Shown piece after piece: positions 1 to 8,142 of a DNA stretch of 64,000 nucleotides. The notes below the pieces were generated by a model, which ran no database searches, was not told where the DNA came from, and saw only the letters and a program-made list of their open reading frames with translations. The stretch is taken from the NCBI GenBank assembly GCA_902801125.1, contig CADCGT010000002.1, positions 225,157 through 289,156 of the forward strand, written 5' to 3'. Origin of the DNA: an uncultured Pseudomonadota bacterium (GTDB lineage: Bacteria; Pseudomonadota; Alphaproteobacteria; Rs-D84). Position numbers and translations under genes: made by a program. Position 1 is the stretch's first letter; each line of letters begins with the position of its first letter.

Positions 1-1393
1 CTTTCCCAACGACAATTTCACCCGACACGCCGGCGTTTTCTGCGATCTGGGCACAGGGCGCAACAATCGCGCGGCGAACAATGTCGATTCCGACATTTTG
101 GTCTGTGTTTTCACCTTTGACATGGGCCAATGCAGAAACCGCACGAACCAATGCGACACCACCACCGGCAACAATGCCTTCGGCGACCGCGGCACGGGTT
201 GCCGCCAACGCGTCATCGACACGGTCTTTCTTTTCTTTAACCTCTACTTCGGTCATACCACCGACATGGATAACCGCCACCCCGCCGACCAGTTTGGCCA
301 ACCGTTCCGACAATTTTTCACGGTCATAGTCACTGGTTGCGTCTTTAATCTGTTTACGAATTTCATCGGCACGCGCGGAAATTGTACCCTTGTCCCCCGC
401 CCCACCGACAATAAGTGTGGACGATTTATCAACGACAATGCGCTTTGCCGAACCCAACACCGCCGGTGTAATGTTATCGAATGTCATACCCATATCGTCG
501 GAAATAACGGTTGCCCCGGTGACAATTGCGATATCTGCCAACATAGCCTTGCGACGGTCGCCGAATCCCGGTGCCTTGACCGCACAGACCTTTAATCCAC
601 CGCGCAGGCGGTTCAAAACCAATGTTGCCAATGCTTCGGATTCGACATCTTCGGCGATAATCAATAACGGCCGCCCCTGTTGTGCGATTGGTTCCAAAAT
701 TGGCAATAACGCCTGCAGGCCTGTGATTTTCTTTTCAGAAACCAACACCGCGGCATTATCCAATTCCGCCAACATTTTTTCGCTGTTGCTAACAAAATAC
801 GGCGACATGAAACCCTGGTCGAATTGCATACCTTCGACAACATCGATTTCGGTTTCCAAACCCTTGGCTTCTTCGACGGTAATAACACCTTCTTGACCGA
901 CACGTTCCATCGCGTCGGCGATTTTTTTACCAATGTCCGCGTCGCCATTTGCCGAAATTGTTGCGACCTGGGCAATTTCGGAAGCATTTTTCACCGGACG
1001 CGCATGCGATTCAATATCGGCAACAACCGCCCCCGTCGCCAGGTCTATACCGCGTTTGATATCCATCGGATTCATTCCCGCGGCAATAACGCGACGACCT
1101 TCGCGGACAATTTTTTGCGCAAGTACCGTTGCGGTTGTGGTTCCGTCGCCCGCATCATCACCGGCCTTTTTGGCAACCTCTTGAATCATACGGGCGCCGA
1201 TATTTTCCGCTGGGTCTTTCAAAGACACCGCCTTGGCAACCGTGACACCGTCCTTGGTTGCGACCGGTGCGCCATACGATTTATCGATTACAACCGTGCG
1301 ACCCTTGGGGCCCATAGTAATTTTCACCGCGTTTGCCAATTTATCAACACCCGCGGCCAATTTATCTGTATCAAAAACAATATCTTTCGCCAT
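1..1393 (-). CDS. groEL: Chaperonin GroEL, 3' part cut off by the window edge
   Basis: Minus-strand ATG at 1393 follows an AAGGA RBS. The translation [54 protein letters not shown]...[12 protein letters not shown] is canonical GroEL. The frame stays open to position 1, so with no stop in the window it is absent from the supplied ORF track. Confidence 0.95.
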   Translation of the reverse strand, partial: MAKDIVFDTDKLAAGVDKLANAVKITMGPKGRTVVIDKSYGAPVATKDGVTVAKAVSLKDPAENIGARMIQEVAKKAGDDAGDGTTTATVLAQKIVREGRRVIAAGMNPMDIKRGIDLATGAVVADIESHARPVKNASEIAQVATISANGDADIGKKIADAMERVGQEGVITVEEAKGLETEIDVVEGMQFDQGFMSPYFVSNSEKMLAELDNAAVLVSEKKITGLQALLPILEPIAQQGRPLLIIAEDVESEALATLVLNRLRGGLKVCAVKAPGFGDRRKAMLADIAIVTGATVISDDMGMTFDNITPAVLGSAKRIVVDKSSTLIVGGAGDKGTISARADEIRKQIKDATSDYDREKLSERLAKLVGGVAVIHVGGMTEVEVKEKKDRVDDALAATRAAVAEGIVAGGGVALVRAVSALAHVKGENTDQNVGIDIVRRAIVAPCAQIAENAGVSGEIVVGK

Positions 1394-1407
1394 AATTCAT
1401 CCTTTTA

Positions 1408-1692
1408 TTATAAAATTCCCAAAATATCAGATTCTTTAACCAATACATAATCCGCACCATCGATTTTAACATCATTTGCCGACGCCGCCCATTTCGCAAA
1501 CAGAACCGTATCGCCCGCCTTGACGGTCATTGGGACGCGCGCCCCACCTTCGAACGCACCGTCGCCGACCGCAACAACGCGACCACGCGACGGTTTTTCC
1601 CGCGCGGTATCGGGAATAATAATTCCGCCGGCGGTTTTGTTTTCTTCTTCGATTCTTTGGATTAAAACATAGTTATTTAATGGTTTAAACAT
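1408..1692 (-). CDS. groES: Co-chaperonin GroES
   Basis: [45 protein letters not shown] is a Cpn10 signature. I chose the internal ATG at 1692 (AAGGAG RBS 5 nt upstream) over the ORF-track start at 1722. groEL lies 14 nt downstream. Confidence 0.95.
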   Translation of the reverse strand: MFKPLNNYVLIQRIEEENKTAGGIIIPDTAREKPSRGRVVAVGDGAFEGGARVPMTVKAGDTVLFAKWAASANDVKIDGADYVLVKESDILGIL

Positions 1693-1736
1693 AATAACTC
1701 CTTTAATATATATACATACCACTATTCCGTTGCAAG

Positions 1737-1766
1737 AAATATAGTATCAAAAATGGCGATTTCAAG
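1737..1766 (-). promoter_or_regulatory. Candidate RpoH (sigma-32)-type heat-shock promoter of groESL
   Basis: The minus strand reads CTTGAA-N16-CTATATTT about 45 nt upstream of the groES ATG. clpB has almost the same CTTGAA-N15-CTATATAT upstream. Confidence 0.45.
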
Positions 1767-1831
1767 TGCCGCGCTTGCACCGGGCATAAAAATATGATAT
1801 AATACCCGCGATATATATAGGGGGAAACCAA

Positions 1832-2830
1832 ATGGAATATTCATATCCAGAAATTCGTGATGTTTTTACGATTTGTGCCGAGGCTGTTGCCCCGGATCCA
1901 AGGACCAATCGTGGGTATATTCGTCCGCGCAGTGATGGTATGGGTAAGATTTTGCAGAATATTTTATCTATGAATGGTGTTGAATTTGAACTTAAACCGG
2001 GTGGTTTGTCGATTGTAAGCGGTGCCAATGTTCAGGAAATTTTTTTCGATTTAGGACAAAATGAGGCGATAGACGCGACGGTAAATGAAATATCGGAAGA
2101 CTTGGATTTGCCAATGCGGGTAAATCGGTTGTTTCGGCGTGCCGCAAATTATAATCCAAATGCGCGCGCGGAACACGCAAATCAAGAAGAACAAAAACAA
2201 AATGCTTTGGCGCAATTAAAAAATATCATTGAAAAGATTGAATTTGATATACGTTCAAGTGACGGCGGAAAATATAATTACTTTTATTTCCCGACCGATA
2301 AATTGACCACCGCCGAGGCCGCATTCAACACATTGGGTATATTTACCCAACGTCACACAACCCACCTTGATGGCCGTGTGGCAACGGTTTTGCGTCGTCC
2401 GGCCACAATGCTTTCGGGGAATGAATTGACGGTCATACATGAATTAAACGAAGCAATTCGTGCGCGCCGTGCGGAACAAAACCGCGATGCATTCGACCGC
2501 GGAACCGCAGATGTTTACAGCAAGGCCGGAATAGACGAATTAAAAAAACTTATCAAATTCATTGACAACGTGTATTATACAAATGACCCACATCATTATT
2601 ATTACTATTTATATTTCAGCGATGTTGACCGGGCGTTTGACATAATGTCCGAATTTGGGGTGTGGGATATAGAAAAATATTACAGCAAATCCCAAAAGGC
2701 ACGTGTCTTGCGACTTGATAAAAACAAGGTGTCACCTGTCGCACAAAAAATCATTACTGAATTACAGCGCGAAATTGCAACCCGCGGAATAAATTATTCA
2801 AACAATATGGGTGGGCGATTCAAGGTATAA
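1832..2830 (+). CDS. Hypothetical protein with two internally repeated modules
   Basis: 332-aa ORF with a GGGGG-type RBS and no family I recognise. Segment LKNIIEKIEFD...YNYFYFPTDKLTTAEAAFNTLGIF resembles LKKLIKFIDNV...YYYLYFSDVDRAFDIMSEFGVW. Confidence 0.6.
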   Translation: MEYSYPEIRDVFTICAEAVAPDPRTNRGYIRPRSDGMGKILQNILSMNGVEFELKPGGLSIVSGANVQEIFFDLGQNEAIDATVNEISEDLDLPMRVNRLFRRAANYNPNARAEHANQEEQKQNALAQLKNIIEKIEFDIRSSDGGKYNYFYFPTDKLTTAEAAFNTLGIFTQRHTTHLDGRVATVLRRPATMLSGNELTVIHELNEAIRARRAEQNRDAFDRGTADVYSKAGIDELKKLIKFIDNVYYTNDPHHYYYYLYFSDVDRAFDIMSEFGVWDIEKYYSKSQKARVLRLDKNKVSPVAQKIITELQREIATRGINYSNNMGGRFKV

Positions 2831-2855
2831 AATTTATTTTGTTTTACAAAATTTT

Positions 2856-2881
2856 AATCGCGCACCCATTGTGCGCGATTA
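2856..2881. terminator. Hairpin between convergent genes (possible bidirectional terminator)
   Basis: TAATCGCGCAC-loop-GTGCGCGATTA perfect stem flanked by A/T runs. Confidence 0.5.
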
Positions 2882-2889
2882 AAAATTTT

Positions 2890-2974
2890 TGGTGGCCCTG
2901 GTCGGACTTGAACCGACACTCCTTGCGGAACTTGATTTTGAGTCAAGCGCGTCTACCAATTCCACCACAGGGCC
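2890..2974 (-). tRNA. tRNA-Leu (anticodon CAA)
   Basis: The reverse complement GGCCCTGTGGTGGAATTGGTAGACGCGCTTGACTCAAAATCAAGT...GGTTCAAGTCCGACCAGGGCCACCA folds as a cloverleaf with a long variable arm. The anticodon loop is CTCAAAA. Confidence 0.9.
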
Positions 2975-2989
2975 ATGTCGCACAAGAAA

Positions 2990-3358
2990 TTATTTAGATT
3001 TCTTGGCTTCAACCTTCTTTACCAAACGGGCACTGCGATTCGCCTTGTGCGTTGGTTTCTTGGCCGGTTTTTCGGCATGACCATTCTTTTTTTCAATGGC
3101 CTTTTTGATTGCCGCCATTTCCGGCGTCAAACGCGATACAGGCTTTGCCATAACATAGGCGTCCAAACCGCCATGTTTGGTCAATGTCCGCAACCCCGCC
3201 GCCGACAGGCGCAACGAAAAATCGCGTGCCAAAATATCACTGTGAAACTTTAATACATGCAGATTCGGCAAAAACGTACGTTTTGTATGACGTTCCGAAT
3301 GGGAAACATTCATTCCGACTTCTGTCTTTTTTCCTGTTACTTTACATACACGTGGCAT
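2990..3358 (-). CDS. rpmB: 50S ribosomal protein L28 with a Lys-rich C-terminal tail
   Basis: MPRVCKVTGKKTEVGMNVSHSERHTKRTFLPNLH matches the L28 N-terminus. Start moved to the internal ATG at 3358. Confidence 0.9.
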   Translation of the reverse strand: MPRVCKVTGKKTEVGMNVSHSERHTKRTFLPNLHVLKFHSDILARDFSLRLSAAGLRTLTKHGGLDAYVMAKPVSRLTPEMAAIKKAIEKKNGHAEKPAKKPTHKANRSARLVKKVEAKKSK

Positions 3359-3467
3359 ATTAAATCCTTTAATCACTGCGGCATAATTTATAACAAAAAT
3401 ATGAAAAAGTCAAGTATTGTTTTACTTTTTTCGCATATTTGTTTGGTGGGGCATTTGTTCCCATATC

Positions 3468-3496
3468 CTTGAATTTCAAAAATGCGCACTATATAT
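3468..3496 (+). promoter_or_regulatory. Candidate RpoH (sigma-32)-type promoter of clpB
   Basis: CTTGAA (3468-3473), a 15-nt spacer, then CTATATAT (3489-3496), about 30 nt upstream of the clpB ATG. Same motif as upstream of groES. Confidence 0.45.
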
Positions 3497-3525
3497 ATGC
3501 TTGATAAAAAACCAAGGGGGTTATT

Positions 3526-5583
3526 ATGAATCCAGAAGAAATGCAAGAAACGCCAGAGCAAGCCATTGCAAAATACACAACAGATTTTACAAAACTGGCA
3601 TCTGAGGGGAAACTGGACCCGGTTATTGGACGCGACGAAGAAATCCGCCGCACCATCCAGGTTTTATCGCGTCGAACCAAGAATAATCCGGTACTTATTG
3701 GGAACCCGGGGGTTGGCAAAACGGCAATCGTCGAAGGATTGGCGGAACGCATTATTTCGCGCGACATTCCGGAAAACCTGCAAAATAAAAAATTATTGTC
3801 GCTGGATTTGGGGGCGATGATGGCGGGCGCAATGTTTCGCGGTCAATTCGAATCCCGATTCAAGGCGATATTAAAGGCCGTCAAAGACGCAAATGGCGAA
3901 ATCATCCTGTTTATTGATGAATTACACACTTTGGTCGGTGCCGGCAAAGGCGAAGGCAGTATGGATGCCGGAAATCTTATTAAACCGATGTTGGCGCGTG
4001 GGGAATTGCACTGTTTGGGCGCAACGACACTTGACGAATATCGGCAATATATTGAAAAAGACCCGGCGTTGGCGCGACGTTTTCAACCGGTCTATGTTGA
4101 TGAACCGACGGTCGAAGACACAATTTCAATTCTGCGCGGATTAAAAGAAAAATACGAAGGTCATCATGGCGTGCGTATATCCGACGCGGCATTGGTTGCG
4201 GCGGTGCGATTGTCGAATCGTTATATCACCGACCGTTTTTTACCGGACAAGGCAATTGACCTTATGGACGAAGCCGCCGCCCGCGTTCGTATCGAAGTCG
4301 CATCCAAACCCGATGCCTTGGACGAAGTGGACCGGCATTTAATGCAATTAAAAATCGAACAACAGGCATTAAAGAAAGAAAAAGACGAAGATTCAAAAAA
4401 ACGCCTTGTTGATTTGGAAAAATTGATTGCAGAAACGGAAAAGAAATCCAACGAAATGACCGCGGCGTGGCGCGCAGAACAGGAAAAGATGCGCGGCCTG
4501 TCCGATGCGATGGCGGCACTGGACGCCGCCAAGGCCGAGGTTGCATCCGCCATGCGTGCCGGCGATTATGAAAAGGCGTCTGCTTTACAATATGGCAAGA
4601 TTCCAGAATTGGAAGAAAAAATTAAAAAAATGAATTCCGAATCACGCGAATATAAAACTGTATTGCCCGAACATATCGCGGCGGTGGTCAGCAAATGGAC
4701 CGGTGTCCCGGCCGATAAATTGACCGCGACCGAACAATCCAAATTGTTAAACATCGAAGACGAATTGCGTCGGCGTGTTGTCGGCCAAGATGCGGCTTTA
4801 TCGGTTGTTGCGCGTGCGATTCGTCGTTCGCGGGCGGGCCTTGCCGACCCACGCAGACCGTCGGGCAGTTTTATGTTCCTTGGGCCCACCGGTGTCGGCA
4901 AGACCGAGGTTGCAAAGGCATTGGCGGAATACCTGTTTAACGATGATACGGCAATGACGCGTATTGATATGAGTGAATATATGGAACCACATTCGGTTGC
5001 GCGCCTTATTGGTGCGCCCCCGGGGTATGTTGGGTATGATGCGGGTGGTGTCCTTACCGAATCGGTGCGCCGTCGTCCATATCAAGTGTTGCTTTTTGAT
5101 GAAATTGAAAAAGCACACCCCGATGTGTTCAATGTTTTCCTGCAAATATTGGATGATGGGCGCCTTACCGATGGCCAAGGTCACATTGTGAACTTTACCA
5201 ACACCATAATAATAATGACAAGTAATTTGCCAGACATGGCCGCGGTCAAGAAACATTTCCGTCCGGAATTTATAAACCGTATAGATGAAATTGTGTTCTT
5301 TAACCAATTGGGTCGTGATGTGATGGCGGGAATTGTGAACATTCAATTACGAAACCTGCGTACGCGATTGGCGGCGCGCCGTATAGAATTGAATGTGACC
5401 GATTCGGCAATAAAATGGTTGGGCGAAAACGGGTATGACCCGGCGTTTGGGGCCCGACCGTTGAAACGTCTTATTACATCGGCGGTGGAAGATAAAATTG
5501 CCGACCTGATTTTATCTGGCGATGTCACCGAAGGCGGCACCGTCTATGTCGACACCCACGGAAAAGAATTGGTTGTGAAATAG
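3526..5583 (+). CDS. clpB: ClpB disaggregase lacking the N-terminal domain
   Basis: [61 protein letters not shown] aligns with E. coli ClpB from about residue 150. Two AAA+ modules and a coiled-coil middle domain are present. AAGGGGG RBS. Confidence 0.93.
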   Translation: MNPEEMQETPEQAIAKYTTDFTKLASEGKLDPVIGRDEEIRRTIQVLSRRTKNNPVLIGNPGVGKTAIVEGLAERIISRDIPENLQNKKLLSLDLGAMMAGAMFRGQFESRFKAILKAVKDANGEIILFIDELHTLVGAGKGEGSMDAGNLIKPMLARGELHCLGATTLDEYRQYIEKDPALARRFQPVYVDEPTVEDTISILRGLKEKYEGHHGVRISDAALVAAVRLSNRYITDRFLPDKAIDLMDEAAARVRIEVASKPDALDEVDRHLMQLKIEQQALKKEKDEDSKKRLVDLEKLIAETEKKSNEMTAAWRAEQEKMRGLSDAMAALDAAKAEVASAMRAGDYEKASALQYGKIPELEEKIKKMNSESREYKTVLPEHIAAVVSKWTGVPADKLTATEQSKLLNIEDELRRRVVGQDAALSVVARAIRRSRAGLADPRRPSGSFMFLGPTGVGKTEVAKALAEYLFNDDTAMTRIDMSEYMEPHSVARLIGAPPGYVGYDAGGVLTESVRRRPYQVLLFDEIEKAHPDVFNVFLQILDDGRLTDGQGHIVNFTNTIIIMTSNLPDMAAVKKHFRPEFINRIDEIVFFNQLGRDVMAGIVNIQLRNLRTRLAARRIELNVTDSAIKWLGENGYDPAFGARPLKRLITSAVEDKIADLILSGDVTEGGTVYVDTHGKELVVK

Positions 5584-5650
5584 TGATTAGTGGTTAGTCC
5601 GTCCCGGCACCGTTTGGTGCCGCGGCCGCGACGGGTGTTAGTGGTTAGTG
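5581..5650 (+). repeat. GTTAGTG-type composite repeat (direct repeats flanking a GC-rich hairpin)
   Basis: TAGTGATTAGTGGTTAGT-CCGTCCCGGCACCGTTTGGTGCCGCGGCCGCGACGGGT-GTTAGTGGTTAGTG. It is the reverse complement of the element at 21394-21481. Its first TAG is the clpB stop codon. Confidence 0.85.
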
Positions 5651-5656
5651 AATGGC

Positions 5657-5681
5657 GAACCCCGCGGAATCCGCGGGGTTC
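5657..5681 (+). terminator. GC hairpin (terminator or insulator) preceding inverton copy 1
   Basis: GAACCCCGCGG-AAT-CCGCGGGGTTC. Equivalent hairpins precede the other two inverton copies. Confidence 0.6.
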
Positions 5682-5691
5682 ACGCGTAAAA

Positions 5692-5810
5692 AAACCAAGG
5701 TTTAAAATCAACACTTTTTTTGAAAAAATCAAAATTTTGTTTTTGCGTAAAAACAATGTGTTATAAATTTCGGTTTTTCCGCCGGGGGCGTATAGAAAAA
5801 ACCTTGGTTT
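5692..5810. promoter_or_regulatory. Invertible-promoter-like element, copy 1 (orientation A relative to the downstream gene)
   Basis: AAACCAAGGTTT (5692-5703) and AAACCTTGGTTT (5799-5810) are perfect 12-bp inverted repeats around a 95-bp interior. That interior is homologous to those at 19576-19670 and 36890-36984. Confidence 0.7.
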
Positions 5811-5859
5811 ATTGTACACTATATTGTGTATAAAAAACGAAGGAACGAGGGGAAAATCC

Positions 5860-6341
5860 ATGAAAAAAATCTGTTTAATATTTGGTGGAATTTTGGCGAT
5901 TGCGGGCAACGCGTATGCCGTCACATCCACGGTGACCAGTAAAGATTATGTAGATACCCGGTATCTGGCACAAATGCATCTACACCGGGTACAACCGTCG
6001 TCACATATACAAATACCGCCGGCACAATTGGCGAAAGGGGAATTTGTAATGACCCCGATGAAGATGATTGTAATTTTGGGGATTTGGTGACCACATCGGC
6101 ATTGCATAATGCAACCAATAACCTGCCGACAACAATTACTACAAACAAAACCTGTGTCGGGTGGTTAGACGGGCAACCAAACACGGATGAAAATTGCATA
6201 CTGTGGCAATTGGTCGAACAAGATGTTTATGGCCGATGCACCAAAAATTCGGACTGTAATTGCAGTAATAGCCCCGACACACCATATGGTCACTGCAACG
6301 ACGGCGCATGCCGTTGCATGGCTTTTGCGCCCAGCAGATAA
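5860..6341 (+). pseudogene. Frameshifted member of the secreted TSKxYVD family with a Cys-rich C-terminal mini-domain
   Basis: MKKICLIFGGILAIAGNAYAVTSTVTSKDYVDTR (frame of 5860) continues in the frame of ORF 6084-6341 as SGTNASTPGTTVVTYTNTAGTIGERGI...LPTTITTNKTCVGW...ILWQL...NSDC. Both halves are collinear with the intact paralogue at 36327-36839. Confidence 0.65.
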
Positions 6342-6389
6342 AACACTAACCACTTGCACCGACAATAACACTATCCTATACTTTCCAAT

Positions 6390-7052
6390 ATGAAATTGGA
6401 ATCGGTTGGAATTTTAATCGCAATGCGCCCGTTTGACGAACGAAACGCCATCGCGCGGATTTTTTCGCGCGATTATGGTGTAATAACCGGAATGATGCGT
6501 GGTGCCGTCGTCGCCAAATCGGGCCGTCCATTGATTGGTCAAATCGGAAATGCGTCTTGGAATGCCCGCCTGGATTCTGCATTGGGCGTGTTTCATTGGG
6601 AAAGCGAAAAAAACCTTGCGGCGCCGATTATGTTGCACGCGGATTTATTACCATTTATGAACGCGGCATTTGATTTAATTATTACTATGTTGCCCGAACG
6701 CGAATCGTACAGTGCGCTTTACGAAGAAACGGTTAAATTACTAACCGGCCTGCCCGTGGCAACCGCACCGGCGGACGAATATTTGAATTGGGAAATAAAC
6801 CTGTTACGCGAATTGGGCTATGCGTTGGATTTATCGCACTGTTCGGGGTGTGGCCGGGCGGACACCCTAAATTACCTTTCGCCGAAAACGGGTCGCGCGG
6901 TATGTGACGCGTGCGCCGCGCCATACATAGACAAATTATATAAATTACCGGTGACATTAAATACGACTATGCGATTTTTGGAAAACATCTGTGCGACACT
7001 TGGCACGAACGTGCCACAATTTCGCAATATGCTAAACAGAATAAAAATTTAA
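6390..7052 (+). CDS. recO: DNA repair protein RecO
   Basis: The N-terminal OB-fold region and the C-terminal CSGCG...VCDAC zinc motif are typical of RecO. The LNWEINLLRELGYALDLSHC segment also fits. Confidence 0.85.
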   Translation: MKLESVGILIAMRPFDERNAIARIFSRDYGVITGMMRGAVVAKSGRPLIGQIGNASWNARLDSALGVFHWESEKNLAAPIMLHADLLPFMNAAFDLIITMLPERESYSALYEETVKLLTGLPVATAPADEYLNWEINLLRELGYALDLSHCSGCGRADTLNYLSPKTGRAVCDACAAPYIDKLYKLPVTLNTTMRFLENICATLGTNVPQFRNMLNRIKI

Positions 7053-7129
7053 GAATTTATTTCATTTATTTGTTGCACATTGCAAAAAAAATTTCTATGA
7101 TAAACCCGTTCAACAAAAGGAGAAAAAAC

Positions 7130-7954
7130 ATGTTTTGGACAATCATCGTACTGATTGTTGGAATTGCGCTGTTTTTGTTTGGCGGCATGTTCGTTAAACA
7201 GGATGGCAAAAAACCAACGACAACATCAATCATCTGCAAGAAAACAATCAAATTGATTGCCGTCTTTTTGATTGCGGGTTGTGTATGCCGCCTGTATACA
7301 CCAATCTATCTTACGCATACAAATCCAATGATTCTGCAAGAAATGGTCACCGCAATGCAGGAACAACAGAACGCCGAAAAGAACAAGGCGATTCGTTCCT
7401 ATGTTCGTTCCAACATGGGCGAAATGATTGCAGATGCACCAATCTGGGGTGCCGAAGATGCGAAACACACAATATTCTTGTGGTCTGATTACTCATGCCC
7501 ATATTGCCGTCGTGTTCATGGCGAATTGGCGCGTGTTATGGCCGAACGCGACGATGTCCGCGTTGTGTTGAAAAACTTCTCTATCCATGGCGAATTGTCT
7601 GATGCTCCGGCCAAGGCGGTTATCGCGGCAAAATTACAGGGCAACGACAAAGCCGCCGCATTGGACAGAAAGTTGATGGAAAAAGAATATTATACCCAGG
7701 AAGATATGAAAGACCGTTCCAAATTGGGTGAAAAGATTCAGAAAAACGTTATGGCACTTGCGGCCGAAGTTGGCCTGGACACCGCACAATTGGAACGCGA
7801 TATGCGTGGTCCGGTTGTCGCACGTGAATTAAAGAACGTTCGTGATTTGGCGCAACAATTCGAAATCAGTGGTACACCATACCTGATTATCGGCGAACGC
7901 GCGTTCCCGGGCGCAATCCCATACGATCAAATTATTGAAGCGTTGGATAAATAA
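7130..7954 (+). CDS. Membrane-anchored DsbA-family thiol:disulfide oxidoreductase
   Basis: N-terminal TM helix, CPYC active site (WSDYSCPYCRRVH) and C-terminal ISGTPYLIIG motif. Start at ATG 7130 after an AAGGAG RBS. Confidence 0.85.
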   Translation: MFWTIIVLIVGIALFLFGGMFVKQDGKKPTTTSIICKKTIKLIAVFLIAGCVCRLYTPIYLTHTNPMILQEMVTAMQEQQNAEKNKAIRSYVRSNMGEMIADAPIWGAEDAKHTIFLWSDYSCPYCRRVHGELARVMAERDDVRVVLKNFSIHGELSDAPAKAVIAAKLQGNDKAAALDRKLMEKEYYTQEDMKDRSKLGEKIQKNVMALAAEVGLDTAQLERDMRGPVVARELKNVRDLAQQFEISGTPYLIIGERAFPGAIPYDQIIEALDK

Positions 7955-7978
7955 TCAAAGAATCATTGCTTGTAAAGA

Positions 7979-8006
7979 ATCCCCACCAAATGGTGGGGAT
8001 TTTTTA
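7979..8006 (+). terminator. Rho-independent terminator after the dsbA-like gene
   Basis: ATCCCCACC-AAA-TGGTGGGGAT followed by TTTTT. Confidence 0.8.
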
Positions 8007-8014
8007 AAACAATA

Positions 8015-8043
8015 TTGACTTTTTTGCCATTTTTTGGTATAAT
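8015..8043 (+). promoter_or_regulatory. Near-consensus sigma-70 promoter
   Basis: TTGACT (8015-8020), a 17-nt spacer ending in TGG, then TATAAT (8038-8043). Confidence 0.65.
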
Positions 8044-8049
8044 TCAAAC

Positions 8050-8112
8050 CACTGGCGACGGCATATTTATGTCGCCGTTTTGTTTTGCCCGCGCATCCGC
8101 GTGGGCTTTTTT
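8050..8112 (+). ncRNA. Candidate small RNA or terminator-containing leader
   Basis: Directly downstream of the promoter lie two stem-loops. The first is GGCGAC...GTCGCC plus a T-run at 8053-8086. The second is an 8-bp GC stem GCCCGCGC-ATCC-GCGTGGGC followed by T6 at 8087-8112. Both precede the ATG at 8143. Confidence 0.35.
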
Positions 8113-8142
8113 ATTTAATATATTAAATCAAAAGGAAAAATT

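Noticed and set aside
81-1450. Several plus-strand ORFs (81-329, 98-595, 390-896, 824-1450, 933-1184, 1233-1439).
   Set aside because: All lie antisense to the clearly identifiable groEL reading frame. Their translations are low-complexity Ala/Thr/Ser/Arg-rich shadow ORFs with no start context.
4798-5346. 182-aa minus-strand ORF and other ORFs inside clpB.
   Set aside because: They are antisense or out of frame within clpB, and no independent support exists.
5544-5930. 128-aa minus-strand ORF and the similar 104-aa plus-strand ORF at 21155-21469 (both containing TTNTRRGRGTKRCRDGLTTN).
   Set aside because: The shared peptide is simply the translation of the GTTAGTG composite repeat and its hairpin. 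The ORFs also run across a tRNA or an inverton and have no RBS.
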